From Actinomycetota bacterium (lineage in GTDB: Bacteria; Actinomycetota; Geothermincolia; Geothermincolales; RBG-13-55-18), in contig JAXHVT010000034.1 in NCBI GenBank assembly GCA_034188985.1, positions 19,292 to 83,291 of the forward strand: a stretch of DNA of 64,000 bases, written 5' to 3'. The translations under genes and the position numbers were made by a program. Of the stretch, positions 1-9,290 are shown in pieces; the first letter of the stretch is position 1; each line of letters opens with the position of its first letter. The notes beneath the pieces are model-generated. The model had not been told where the DNA came from and did not search any database. It saw only the letters and a list, made by a program, of their open reading frames with translations.

Positions 1-1497
1 CCGTCCTCCACCAGAGCGATAGCCCCCCCTTGCATGGCCTCCGGCGACACGTGGCCCACGGCCGCTCCCCTTGTTCCACCCGAGAATCTCCCGTCCGTAA
101 CCAAGACCACCTTGTCCGCCATTCCCATACCGGCCAGGGTGGCCGTGGGGTTGAGCATCTCGCGCATGCCCGGTCCGCCCCGCGGTCCCTCGTAGCGTAT
201 GACGATGGCCTCGCCCTCCCTTATATTACCAGCCAGCATGGCCTCGACCGCGCTTTCCTCGCCGTCGAAAACCCGTGCCGGCCCGCGAAAGCTCAACAGG
301 TTCTCGGGGACCGCTGAGTGCTTGACCACGGCTCCCTCTGTCGCCAGGTTGCCCCACAACACCGCCAGCCCGCCGGTGGGCATGTAGGGATCTTCCACCG
401 GCCTTAAAACCTGCGGGTCGAGGGTGCTTCTGCCCTCTATCACATCTCCGATACGTTCCGCCGCCACGCAGGGCACCTCCGGGTTGACCAAGCCCTTCCT
501 GAGCAGCTCGCCCATAACCGCAGGGATGCCTCCCGCCTCGTTGAGATCCTGCATGTGATGGATCGCACCTCCTGCCGGGCTTATGCGGGCCAGGTTGGGA
601 GTTGCGTCGCATACTTCCTGTATGAACTCCAGGCTCATCTCCACGCCGGCCTCGTGGGCGATGGCCAGGAGGTGAAGCAGGGTGTTGGACGAACCACCCA
701 CGGCCATATCCACGGCCAGGGCGTTGCGCATTGACTCCAGGGTGATGATATCCCTCGGCCTGCGATCCATTCTCAACATCTCCATCACCGCCATCCCGGC
801 ACTTTTGGCAAGCCTGAGCCTCTGGGCGTAGACGGCCGGTATGGTGCCGTTTCCGGGCAATCCCATACCCACGGCCTCGGTTAGGCAATTCATGGAATTG
901 GCGGTGAAAAGCCCTGCGCAGGATCCGCAACCGGGGCAGGCGATGTTTTCCAGTTCCTCGAGCTCCTCCAGTTGCATGCGCCCGGATTCGACCGCTCCCT
1001 GCGCTTCCATTACGGTTATGAAATCCACGTCCCGTCCGTGCTGCTTTCCGGCGAGCATCGGCCCGCCGCTTATCACAACGGCTGGTATATTCAGCCTGGC
1101 CGCAGCCATGAGCATCCCGGGTACTATCTTATCGCAGTTGGGCACCAGGAGCAGCGCGTCGAAGGCGTGGGCCTGAGCCATGAGCTCAACACTGTCGGCT
1201 ATGGCCTCACGCGAAGGCAGGGAGTAGCGCATGCCGGCATGCCCCATGGCTATGCCGTCGCATATGCCGATCACCCCGAACTGCATCGGCGTTCCACCCG
1301 CCATGCGGACGCCCGCCTTCGCGGCGTCCGCGATCTGTTGAAGCTGGGTATGGCCGGGCACCACCTCGTTGGCCGCGCAGGCCACACCAACCCATGGCTG
1401 ATTGATCTCGCGATCGATGTAGCCCATGGCCTTGATCAGCGACCTGTGCGGCGCACGATAGAGACCCTTTTTAGCCACATCGCTCCTAAGTGCCATT
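1..1497 (-). CDS. ilvD: Dihydroxy-acid dehydratase (ilvD). C-terminally truncated by the window edge.
   Basis: Hand translation of the minus strand from an ATG at ~1495-1497 (RBS GGAGG upstream). It gives [26 protein letters not shown]...[27 protein letters not shown]...[14 protein letters not shown]...[14 protein letters not shown]...TDGRFSGGT, the characteristic IlvD/EDD motifs. The ORF track omits it because it has no stop inside the window. Confidence 0.9.
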
Positions 1498-1971
1498 ATT
1501 TGCCTCCAAGTAAAGAAAGGTAAAAGAACCCACCACTATTGACTGTATTATTTAGATAATGATGAACGTAGTCAAGTAATCTCGACATGCCGTCTTGCGA
1601 GCTCAGCCCGCCCGTCTCGACCATGATGGCGACGCGTTCCAACACGGATAACCACCACTGTTCCATATCGGTCCTTACGCGGTAAAGGCTGCCCCGGGGA
1701 ACATGGACGTCGTGGACGATATGCGATATCGCGCCTCGATTGATTCGAGACGGTTCGTTTTCCGCCTCTCCCCCATGCATACGGACCAGTCACCCATGCT
1801 CGTCACCCGTACGTTCTCTATCCCGGCGCCCCAGCGGACCACCACTGCACCTTCGCACAAATCGTCCCAAAGCCTCCCTCTTTTTACGTAGGCGGCTTAC
1901 GTTGTATGCTTATAATGTCCGTAGTTGGAACCCCGTTTGTCCTGGAGGTGCGTCAGGTGCTCGAGTTGAAT

Positions 1972-2373
1972 ATGCGGGAAATCGACAGCGTGGCTGTGGT
2001 CGGGGCGTCTCGAGACCCCGAGAAATACGGCTACAAGGTACTTATGGACCTCAAGAACGGGGGTTACAAAGCTTTCGCTATTAATCCGGGCTGCGTCGAG
2101 GGAGACGAGATAGAGGGCGTCCCCTGTTACCCGGATCTCCTCAGTATTCCCAATGTTCCGGACCTTCTTATAACCGTCGTGCCTCCCAAGGTCACGGAAA
2201 AAATTGTGAGGCAGGCCAAGGAACTGGGTATAGAAAAGATATGGATGCAGCCCGGCTCGGAATCCGAGTATGCCATCTCTTTCAGCGAGGAAAACGGCAT
2301 CGGGGTCATGCATAACGCCTGCATTATGATCTTTCGCAAGGAAGGCGTGCTTAAGAAAGGCCACCGCCCTTAA
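1972..2373 (+). CDS. CoA-binding domain protein (YccU-like).
   Basis: ORF 1906..2373. SVAVVGASRDPEKYGYKV...GYKAFAINPG...PDLLITVVPP...IEKIWMQPGSES matches the small CoA-binding (succinyl-CoA synthetase-like) fold. The start is probably the internal Met at 1972. Confidence 0.65.
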   Translation: MREIDSVAVVGASRDPEKYGYKVLMDLKNGGYKAFAINPGCVEGDEIEGVPCYPDLLSIPNVPDLLITVVPPKVTEKIVRQAKELGIEKIWMQPGSESEYAISFSEENGIGVMHNACIMIFRKEGVLKKGHRP

Positions 2374-2434
2374 GATGGGGTCATATGCCACCGAAATGCT
2401 AGATTTTTAGGGCTGACCCCGTCTTCTGACGTTT

Positions 2435-2737
2435 TTAGTCCTCTTTTTCGAGCTCGTCGATGCGCTTGCGAACGCTATCCAGCTGTTGCGACAGCGAATC
2501 CGCCTGCCGCTTGAGGAATTCCAGCTCCTGGCCCGCTCCGGGAGCGAAACCTCCCGTGGGGCCGGCCTGCCAGGCCTGTTCCATCTGGGTAGTGGGCCAC
2601 CTTCCGGTGTTCAGGTACTCCGCCGCGGGTCCCAGCCCGCTGGCGCTGCGTCCCTGCCAACCCGGGCTGTAGCCGAATCTCATCCATCCAGGGAGACCTG
2701 TCATGTAATACATGTTCCTGTGTCCGTGTCCTCCCAT
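2435..2737 (-). CDS. DUF5320-like small protein with a Gly/Tyr/Pro-rich N-terminus and a C-terminal coiled coil.
   Basis: MGGHGHRNMYYMTGLPGWMRFGY... low-complexity N-terminus, then QELEFLKRQADSLSQQLDSVRKRIDELEKED. This pattern is typical of the DUF5320 family of anaerobes and archaea. Confidence 0.45.
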   Translation of the reverse strand: MGGHGHRNMYYMTGLPGWMRFGYSPGWQGRSASGLGPAAEYLNTGRWPTTQMEQAWQAGPTGGFAPGAGQELEFLKRQADSLSQQLDSVRKRIDELEKED

Positions 2738-2801
2738 GTGTCTTTTCCTCCCTTCCTCTTCTCTTCAAGCTTCATCGAAACCACTTGCGGGCTCCGCTTA
2801 T

Positions 2802-3095
2802 CTACCACGCTCCGGGCCATCCTCCTCCAGCTCCGGGGGAATAACCGGCACCGTAAGGCGTGGGTGGATACATCCCCCTTTCGCCGTACGGGGTGAATCC
2901 GTACTGGGGATAACCCACCGGCGCTCTATATCCCGGGTATGCCCACCATCGCCTCGGCAACCAGGGATAGAACCGGCAATACGGATAGGGATTGCCCCTA
3001 CCGCCGCCCGGCCAGCTGCGGAAACCTCCTCCTCTTCCTCTCCCGGGGGGCATTCTACACCTCCTCCTCGTCAAATCCTCTCTAATAATGGTCAT
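2802..3095 (-). CDS. Gly/Pro/Tyr-rich small protein, possibly a second DUF5320-like paralog.
   Basis: Contains MPPGRGRGGGF..GYPQYGFTPYGERGMYPPTPYGAGYSPGAGGGW and lies in tandem with the previous ORF. Its low complexity means it could be a high-GC artefact. Confidence 0.3.
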   Translation of the reverse strand: MTIIREDLTRRRCRMPPGRGRGGGFRSWPGGGRGNPYPYCRFYPWLPRRWWAYPGYRAPVGYPQYGFTPYGERGMYPPTPYGAGYSPGAGGGWPGAW

Positions 3096-3232
3096 ATGCT
3101 CATTTAAAGATTAATCTATTTATGGGCATATGTCAATCTTAGAATGGGTACTTAACCGTTGAATACGGTGTTTACATTATGTTTATAGCGTGAAGTCGCG
3201 TACGCCTGGTGTACGGCTTTGGGCATATGCCA
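3088..3232. promoter_or_regulatory. Three CATATG-centred palindromic boxes (consensus TGGnCATATGnCA) in an AT-rich spacer.
   Basis: tggtcatatgctca (3088-3101), tgggcatatgtcaa (3123-3136) and tgggcatatgcca (3220-3232). The region is AT-rich, lies 3' of leuB and 5' of the DUF5320-like pair, and carries an adjacent imperfect hairpin cgtacgcctggtgtacg. Confidence 0.35.
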
Positions 3233-3364
3233 TAACCCGCGTCGAGCAACAGCGACGGGAGCGCGTAACCCGCAACAGCATAAAGGCCACCGCCGTTCTG
3301 ACAGGCTCGAAGTGAGTGAAAATGGAGGTGAAACCGGCCTCTTCTTCTCAGCTCCGGCTCGGTC

Positions 3365-4360
3365 TCATATGGCGGCCATGATGGCATTGGCCATATCCGA
3401 GGTCCCCGCCTCTCCCCCGAGGTCGTAGGTAACCGTCTTACCTTCGCTGATAACCTCGGTCACCGCCCGGTAAATCCGCCCGGCCGCGTCCTCCTGTCCC
3501 ACGTGGTGAAGCATCATCACCCCGGAAAGGATCTGAGCCGTGGGATCCACCTTGTTCATCCCTGTGTACTTGGGGGCGCTGCCGTGCACCGGCTCGAACA
3601 CCTGGATATCGCCGCCGATATTGGCGCTGGGGGCGACGCCCAGTCCACCCACCAGTCCGGCGCAGAGGTCGGAGATGATATCCCCGTAGAGGTTGGGCAG
3701 CACCATGACATCGTATATATGGGGTTTCTGCACAAGCTGCATGGCCATGTTGTCCACTATGCGGTCCTCGAACTCTATGTCCGGATAATCCGCCGATACG
3801 GCGCGCGCCGTCTCCAGGAACAGACCATCTGTGTATTTGAGGATGTTGGCCTTATGCACCGCGGTTACCTTTTGCCTGCCCTCCTCACGGGCATATTCGA
3901 AGGCGAAGCGGCAGATGCGCTCCGAGGCATTCCTGGTTATTAGCTTTATGCTCTCCGCCGTGTCGTCGTCCACCATGCGCTCGATGCCTGCGTAGAGGTC
4001 CTCGGTGTTCTCGCGCACCACCACCAGGTCTATACCCTTATAGGGCGAGCGCACTCCCTCCATGCTCCTGGCCGGGCGCAGGTTGGCGTAAAGGCCCAGC
4101 TCCTTGCGCAGGGCCACGTTGATACTGCGAAAGCCAGAACCCACCGGTGTGGTTATGGGTCCCTTCAACGCCACCCGGTTGCGTCGGATGGACTCGAGCA
4201 CATGGTCGGGAAGTGGGGTGCCGTATTTATCCATAATATCGGCGCCGGCCTCTTGCGTCTCCCATTCTATCTGCGCCCCGGAGGCCTCGATGACCCTGCG
4301 GCAGGCCTCAACGATCTCCGGACCCACCCCGTCTCCGGGTATCAAGGTAATCTTATTCAT
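3365..4360 (-). CDS. leuB: 3-isopropylmalate dehydrogenase (isocitrate/isopropylmalate dehydrogenase family).
   Basis: [16 protein letters not shown]...LKGPITTP...NLRP...[15 protein letters not shown]...[11 protein letters not shown]...GLVGGLG..NIG...[13 protein letters not shown] are the beta-decarboxylating dehydrogenase motifs. Position directly after leuCD supports LeuB. Confidence 0.8.
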   Translation of the reverse strand: MNKITLIPGDGVGPEIVEACRRVIEASGAQIEWETQEAGADIMDKYGTPLPDHVLESIRRNRVALKGPITTPVGSGFRSINVALRKELGLYANLRPARSMEGVRSPYKGIDLVVVRENTEDLYAGIERMVDDDTAESIKLITRNASERICRFAFEYAREEGRQKVTAVHKANILKYTDGLFLETARAVSADYPDIEFEDRIVDNMAMQLVQKPHIYDVMVLPNLYGDIISDLCAGLVGGLGVAPSANIGGDIQVFEPVHGSAPKYTGMNKVDPTAQILSGVMMLHHVGQEDAAGRIYRAVTEVISEGKTVTYDLGGEAGTSDMANAIMAAI

Positions 4361-4896
4361 AGTTCGAACCCTCCATATTTCCTAAGGTAATCAGTAAGCC
4401 CGCCCTCCCGCAGGATATCCATCATCACGTCCGGAAGGGGTGTCACCTCCGTAACGTCATCCCGTGTGAGGCTGGTGACCTTCCCCGCCTCCAGATCCAC
4501 CTCCAGCTCATCGCCAGTCCGTATGCCGGAGGTATCGCACTCGATAACGGGAAGGCCCTTGTTTATGGCGTTGCGAAAGAAAATACGGGCGAAGGAGGTG
4601 GCCAGCACCGCTGCTACACCCGCGTGCTTTATTACCAGTGGGGCCTGTTCGCGTGAGGAACCACATCCGAAATTGATACCCGCTACGATAAAATCCCCCG
4701 GCTCCACCCTGACGGTGAACTCCGGGTCGATATCCTCCATGCAATGACAGGCCAGCTCTTTCATATCCAGGGTCTTGAACTTGTGTTTGCCGGAGATGAT
4801 ATAGTCGGTATTGATATCGTCCCCGAAAACGTGGGCTTTTCCCCTGTAAACCATTCCTTCCACCCGGACCTCTCTCCTCTCACGCTCCCCCGTCAC
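4357..4896 (-). CDS. leuD: 3-isopropylmalate dehydratase small subunit (archaeal/short type).
   Basis: [16 protein letters not shown]...[14 protein letters not shown]...[12 protein letters not shown]. Its stop overlaps the leuB start as ATGA. Confidence 0.85.
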   Translation of the reverse strand: MTGERERREVRVEGMVYRGKAHVFGDDINTDYIISGKHKFKTLDMKELACHCMEDIDPEFTVRVEPGDFIVAGINFGCGSSREQAPLVIKHAGVAAVLATSFARIFFRNAINKGLPVIECDTSGIRTGDELEVDLEAGKVTSLTRDDVTEVTPLPDVMMDILREGGLTDYLRKYGGFEL

Positions 4897-6146
4897 ATCA
4901 TGCGTCGGGGATCGGTTATCTTTCCCGCAACCGCGCTGGCCGCCACCGTGGCCGGACTGGCCAGGTAGATGAAAGCGCTGGAATTGCCCATGCGACCCTT
5001 GAAGTTGCGGTTGGCGGAGCTTATCACCCTGTCGCCATCGGCCGGTACGCCGTTATGGGTCCCGACGCACGGGCCGCATCCAGGCGCGACCATGACCGCC
5101 CCCGCCTCTATCAGGCGCTGTATAACCCCACTCTTCATGCCGTTCATAAGAACCTGCCTGGAAGCCGTAGCCAACACCATACGCACCCGCGGATCCACCC
5201 TCCTGCCGGTCAGTATGCGCGCCGCCACCTCCAGATCCTCCAGGCGACCGTTGGTGCATGTTCCCAGAACCGCCTCCCTCACGGGAACGCCCTCAACCTC
5301 CTCCACCGCCCTGACGTTATCCACGCGGTGTGGTTCGGCAACCTGGGGCGTCAGCCCGTCCAGGTCGAATTCCCTTATCTCCTGGTAGTCGGCGTCCGCG
5401 TCGGGCTCCGCGGGTGTAAAGGGACGCGATACCCTGCCATGAATCCATTCCAGCGTCTTGTCGTCCGCCCGCATCAATCCCGCCTTTGCCCCTATCTCCA
5501 CGGCCATGTTGGAGATGGTGAACCTGGCCTCCACGCTCAACGAGTCTATCACCTCTCCCGCGTATTCCACGGCCATGTAGGTGGCACCGTCCGCCGTGAG
5601 CTGCCCGGCCAGGTAGAGGGCTACATCCTTGGAATAGACGCCCTCGGCGAGCCTGCCTCCCAGTTCCAGCCTTAGGGTGTGCGGCACCCTGAACCACAGC
5701 TTCCCGGTCAGCATGGCCGCCGCCAGATCAGTGGATCCGACCCCGGTGGAGAATACATTTATGGCACCGTAGGTGGTGGTATGGGAATCGGCTCCGATCA
5801 CTATATCCCCGGGCGCCACGTGGCCCTGTTCCGGTAGAAGACAGTGGCATACGCCCCACCCCACGTCGTACAACTTGAGGCCCTGCTCCTCCGCGAAAGC
5901 ACGCATCATGTCATGAAGATTGGAGATTCCCTCCACCGGGCTGGGCGAGCTGTGGTCGATCACCATGGCCACGCGCGAGGGATCGCGCACCCTGTCTCCG
6001 CCTATCTCCCGGAAGGCCTCGATGGCCAGCGGCGATGTCCCGTCCTGGCCCATCATGAAATCCACATCGCTCACTACCAGCTCTCCCGCTCTTACCTCCC
6101 GACCGCAGTGCGCGGAGAATATCTTCTCGGCTATAGTCATTCCCAT
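4893..6146 (-). CDS. leuC: 3-isopropylmalate dehydratase large subunit (aconitase family).
   Basis: MGMTIAEKIFSAHCG...DHSSPSP...GADSHTTTYGA...GTCTNGRLEDL...PGCGPCVG...SSANRNFKGRMG are the aconitase-family Fe-S ligand motifs. Confidence 0.9.
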   Translation of the reverse strand: MGMTIAEKIFSAHCGREVRAGELVVSDVDFMMGQDGTSPLAIEAFREIGGDRVRDPSRVAMVIDHSSPSPVEGISNLHDMMRAFAEEQGLKLYDVGWGVCHCLLPEQGHVAPGDIVIGADSHTTTYGAINVFSTGVGSTDLAAAMLTGKLWFRVPHTLRLELGGRLAEGVYSKDVALYLAGQLTADGATYMAVEYAGEVIDSLSVEARFTISNMAVEIGAKAGLMRADDKTLEWIHGRVSRPFTPAEPDADADYQEIREFDLDGLTPQVAEPHRVDNVRAVEEVEGVPVREAVLGTCTNGRLEDLEVAARILTGRRVDPRVRMVLATASRQVLMNGMKSGVIQRLIEAGAVMVAPGCGPCVGTHNGVPADGDRVISSANRNFKGRMGNSSAFIYLASPATVAASAVAGKITDPRRMM

Positions 6147-6386
6147 ACGTTTACTCCTCGCTGTGCGTAGTCGATCACCACCTTACCTTACCCGGCGGCT
6201 CAAGCCGACTTTACTACACGGCCCCGATCGTCGACAAGCGGCGACATATCCGTAAAAATGCAAGACCTGAACATGTCGATAATGATAAAATATCCTGGAC
6301 GTAGGCACATTTTATAGGAACAACGGAGCGCCGGGCAATACACACCAAGGCGAGCATAGACGACGTATCGATCGAAGGAGGAAGTT
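6147..6386. promoter_or_regulatory. Divergent AT-rich promoter region between leuC (-) and lpd (+).
   Basis: A 240-bp AT-enriched non-coding spacer lies between oppositely oriented gene starts. GGAGG sits 7 nt before the lpd ATG. Confidence 0.4.
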
Positions 6387-7799
6387 ATGGCAGTGGATAC
6401 CGAAAAAGCCAAGGTTGTTATTATTGGAGCCGGGCCGGGAGGTTACGTGGCGGCAATTAAAGCCGCCCAGCTCGGGAGCGGCGTGGTGCTTGTGGAAAAG
6501 GGGCCGTTGGGCGGCACCTGCCTTAACTGGGGCTGTATACCAACCAAAGCCCTACTGGCCTGCACCGAGGCCCTGGAGATCATAAGAAACGCCAGTGAAT
6601 ACGGCATAGAGGTGAGCGAACCCGTCCCCAACCTCAAGGCCATGGTGAACCGTAAGAACGAGATATCCAGCAAACTGGTCAACGGCATCGGTCAGTTGCT
6701 CAAGGCCAACAAGGTAGAGATGATAAAGGGAACGGCTCGCATCATCGATCCCAACCAGATCAAGGTGGAGACGGAGGAGGGCGAGCAAAGTATCCAGACC
6801 GAGAAGATAATCGTGGCCACGGGATCGGAGCCGGCGAGGCTTCCCACCTTCGACTTCGATCAGCCGGCCATCCTCACCTCCACCGAGGGCCTCGAGCTTA
6901 CCGAGATCCCCAAGAGCATGATCATCGTGGGCAGTGGGGTGGTGGGATCGGAGTTCGCCACCATTTACCACACCCTGGGCACTGAGGTGACCATGGTGGA
7001 ACTTATGGACCGCATCCTGCCCACCGAGGACGAGCGCGTAGCCAAGCAGATGAAGCGCATCCTCAACAAGAGGGGAATAGAGATATTAACCGAGACCACC
7101 ATCGACGAGATGCTGGAGTATCGTCCCGAAGGCGTCAAGGCCAAGCTTTCCAACGGAGAGGAACTCGAGGCGGATAAGCTCCTGGTCTCCATAGGGAGAT
7201 CCCTTAACTCCCAGGGTATCGGGCTCGAGGACATAGGCGTGGAGATGGGCAAGAGGGGAGACGTACTCGTCGATGAGAGAATGCAGACCAATATACCCGG
7301 AGTTTACGCTATAGGCGACGTGGTGGGGGGGATCATGCTGGCCCATGTGGCCTCCTTCGAGGGTATCTGCGCCGCGGAGAACGCCATGGGGAAAGATGCC
7401 ACTATCGACTACGAAGTCATCCCCGCCTGTATCTTCACCGAGCCCGAGATAGCCAGCGTAGGCCTTACCCCGGCCAAGGCGGAGGAAAACAGCAGGGATT
7501 TCAAGGTGGGGCGCTTCATGTTCGGAGGCCTGGGTAAGGCCCTGGCCATGGGCAAGGGCCAGGGCTTCATCCAGCTGGTCGTTGATGCCCCCACCAACAA
7601 GGTGATCGGATGCCAGATCATGAGCGCCCATGCCTCGGACCTCATCCACGAGCTGGCCTTGGCCATCCGCATGGGGATCACAGCCCACGATATCGGTGAG
7701 ACCGTACACGCTCATCCCAGCCTGGCGGAGGCGGTCATGGAGGCGGCCGAGGCGGCTAACGAGCGCGCCATCCACGCCGCCCCGTCCAGGAAGAAGTAG
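6387..7799 (+). CDS. lpdA: Dihydrolipoyl dehydrogenase (E3, glycine-cleavage L protein).
   Basis: VVIIGAGPGGYVAAIKAAQLG...GGTCLNWGCIPTKALL is the redox-active disulfide motif. The NAD-binding GSGVVGSEFA, the C-terminal HAHPSLAEA interface motif and an adjacent gcvH support the call. Confidence 0.9.
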   Translation: MAVDTEKAKVVIIGAGPGGYVAAIKAAQLGSGVVLVEKGPLGGTCLNWGCIPTKALLACTEALEIIRNASEYGIEVSEPVPNLKAMVNRKNEISSKLVNGIGQLLKANKVEMIKGTARIIDPNQIKVETEEGEQSIQTEKIIVATGSEPARLPTFDFDQPAILTSTEGLELTEIPKSMIIVGSGVVGSEFATIYHTLGTEVTMVELMDRILPTEDERVAKQMKRILNKRGIEILTETTIDEMLEYRPEGVKAKLSNGEELEADKLLVSIGRSLNSQGIGLEDIGVEMGKRGDVLVDERMQTNIPGVYAIGDVVGGIMLAHVASFEGICAAENAMGKDATIDYEVIPACIFTEPEIASVGLTPAKAEENSRDFKVGRFMFGGLGKALAMGKGQGFIQLVVDAPTNKVIGCQIMSAHASDLIHELALAIRMGITAHDIGETVHAHPSLAEAVMEAAEAANERAIHAAPSRKK

Positions 7800-7860
7800 C
7801 GCGGCTGGACCGCTTGCGTTATTATGTCAACGTCACGGCAAGAGAACCTGGAGGTGAAAA

Positions 7861-8244
7861 ATGTATCCGGAGGATCTTAAGTATCATCCAGAGCACGCCT
7901 GGGCCAAGGTAGATGGAGAAACGGCTACCGTGGGGATTACCTATTACGCTCAGGACCAGCTGGGCGAGATCGTTTTCCTCGAGCTCCCCGATCCCGGAAC
8001 CGAGTTGGAGGCGGGGAAGCCCTTCGCCGAGATCGAGTCGGTGAAATCCGTCTCCGACGTCTACAGCCCCGTAAACGGCACCATCGAGGAGGTCAACTCG
8101 GAGGTGATCGAGGCTCCCGAGATCATCAACGAGGACTGCTACGAAGCGGGTTGGATGGTCAAGGCAAAACTGGCGGGTGACTCCGGGGCGGACGAGCTGC
8201 TGGATGCCACCGCTTACGAGAAGTTGGTCTCCGAAGAGAGTTGA
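7861..8244 (+). CDS. gcvH: Glycine cleavage system H protein (lipoyl carrier).
   Basis: HAWAKVDGETATVGITYYAQDQLGEIVFLELP...EIESVKSVSDVYSPVNG carries the lipoyl-lysine SVK motif. Confidence 0.9.
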   Translation: MYPEDLKYHPEHAWAKVDGETATVGITYYAQDQLGEIVFLELPDPGTELEAGKPFAEIESVKSVSDVYSPVNGTIEEVNSEVIEAPEIINEDCYEAGWMVKAKLAGDSGADELLDATAYEKLVSEES

Positions 8245-8263
8245 TAACGGAGAACGCGAAAAA

Positions 8264-8299
8264 AACGGCGGGGGCCTCGCTCCCCGCCGTTTTCCCGTT
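8264..8299. terminator. Bidirectional rho-independent terminator between convergent gcvH and the zinc-ribbon gene.
   Basis: Stem CGGCGGGG-gcctcgct-CCCCGCCG is followed by TTTTCCC on the plus strand and preceded by AAAAAAA, which gives a U-tract on the minus strand. Confidence 0.6.
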
Positions 8300-8365
8300 C
8301 GATAACTTACTTACCTGCTTGATTGATCACACCAACCCCGAGCCTAGCAGCGACATCCCTTCCAG

Positions 8366-9262
8366 TCAGGCCAATAGATCAAGGTCCTCTAGTAAGCTCT
8401 CGATTTCCTCTTCCGCGGGCTCGTCCATGTCCTCGTAGTACTCCAGATCGAAGTCCTCAAGGTCGAAGTCCTCAAGGTCGAAGTCCTCAAGGTCGAAGTC
8501 CTCAAGGTCGAAGTCCTCGTAGTCCTCGTAGTCCATATCCATGCCGGTCAGCATATCCATGGGATCCTCGGCAAGATACCAGCTGCCCCCTTCCTTGACC
8601 ATCTCGAAGATCAGGGGTTCCTCCGACAGGTCGATCTCCTCCTCCAGCCCGAAGGTGGACATGATCAGCGTTCCATCGGATGTCACTACTGTGGCGTTTT
8701 CGCCCTTCTCGGATTCCTTCTCCAGCTTAACCCCGTTGAACTCGAAATCCGCCATCTCGAAGCCCATTTCTATGAACATCTCGATATCCTCCCGGGTCAG
8801 ATCCAACCCGAAGGGATTGTCCTCGGACTCCAACAACTCGGGTTCGAAGCAATCCACATATGCCTTGGCGTCTTTGTTCTCCAGGGATTTAATGTATTCC
8901 TCCGCCAAGCCTATGGGATCGCCCGATCCCGCTCCCCCTCCCGACCACACCGTCAGGAAGAGGACCAGCACCACTATACCCCCGGCTACTAGAACGCCTC
9001 CGATTATCCCCAGAACGAGAGGCAATTTGCCACGTTTGGACGTTACGGGTGTCACACCAGGTACCGTCACTGCTCCCGCCTCCGCGGCGGGGGCTCCCGT
9101 AGTAGGGGGTATTGCCGCTCCAGGCGGAGCCGGCGGAGGGGTCGCTGCAGCCTCCTTTCCGGTCTCGACGGCGGCGCCGCATTGCGTGCAGAAGGACGTG
9201 CCCTCCTTCAACTCGGCTCCGCAGCTGGGACAAGTCCTTCTATTCTCGTTTTCCATCCTCAA
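8366..9262 (-). CDS. Zinc-ribbon single-pass membrane protein with a DUF4878-like extracytoplasmic domain and an acidic C-terminal repeat tail.
   Basis: The N-terminus has a CPSCGAELKEGTSFCTQCGA zinc ribbon. A Pro-rich linker and a TM helix (LPLVLGIIGGVLVAGGIVVLVLFL) follow. An NTF2-like globular part comes next (EEYIKSLENKDAKAYVDCFEP...GGSWYLAEDP). The tail is DYEDYEDFDLEDFDLEDFDLEDFDLEDFDLEYYEDMDEP. It is the last gene of the ligA-gatCAB operon. Confidence 0.6.
   Translation of the reverse strand: MRMENENRRTCPSCGAELKEGTSFCTQCGAAVETGKEAAATPPPAPPGAAIPPTTGAPAAEAGAVTVPGVTPVTSKRGKLPLVLGIIGGVLVAGGIVVLVLFLTVWSGGGAGSGDPIGLAEEYIKSLENKDAKAYVDCFEPELLESEDNPFGLDLTREDIEMFIEMGFEMADFEFNGVKLEKESEKGENATVVTSDGTLIMSTFGLEEEIDLSEEPLIFEMVKEGGSWYLAEDPMDMLTGMDMDYEDYEDFDLEDFDLEDFDLEDFDLEDFDLEYYEDMDEPAEEEIESLLEDLDLLA
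8448..8522. repeat. Perfect 15-bp tandem repeat (tcgaagtcctcaagg, 4 exact copies plus 1 degenerate) encoding (DFDLE)n.
   Basis: Directly visible in the sequence at 8448-8522. It lies in frame inside the zinc-ribbon protein CDS. Confidence 0.9.
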
Positions 9263-9290
9263 CCTCCCAATAGCAATCGGCTTCGTCGTC

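Noticed and set aside
226-930. 234-aa minus-strand ORF (and the overlapping plus-strand ORFs 30..317, 199..387, 841..1176, 972..1523).
   Set aside because: All lie inside the hand-verified ilvD coding region in other frames. Their translations are Arg/Gly/Pro-rich, typical of spurious high-GC frames.
1496-1780. 94-aa ORF directly upstream of ilvD whose stop overlaps the ilvD ATG (TAATG). Considered as a leader peptide or small gene.
   Set aside because: There is no recognisable family, no Ile/Leu/Val-rich leader-peptide signature and no clear RBS. It lies in the divergent promoter region and is kept only as a low-probability candidate.
4355-4380. tRNA-like T-arm sequence agttcgaaccc.
   Set aside because: It lies inside the leuD/leuB coding overlap. 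No acceptor stem or anticodon arm can be built around it. No tRNA genes were found in the window.
8323-8598. Plus-strand ORF translating to repeated SPQGR units.
   Set aside because: It is the opposite-strand reading of the same 15-bp tandem repeat that encodes (DFDLE)n. The minus-strand frame is the real gene.
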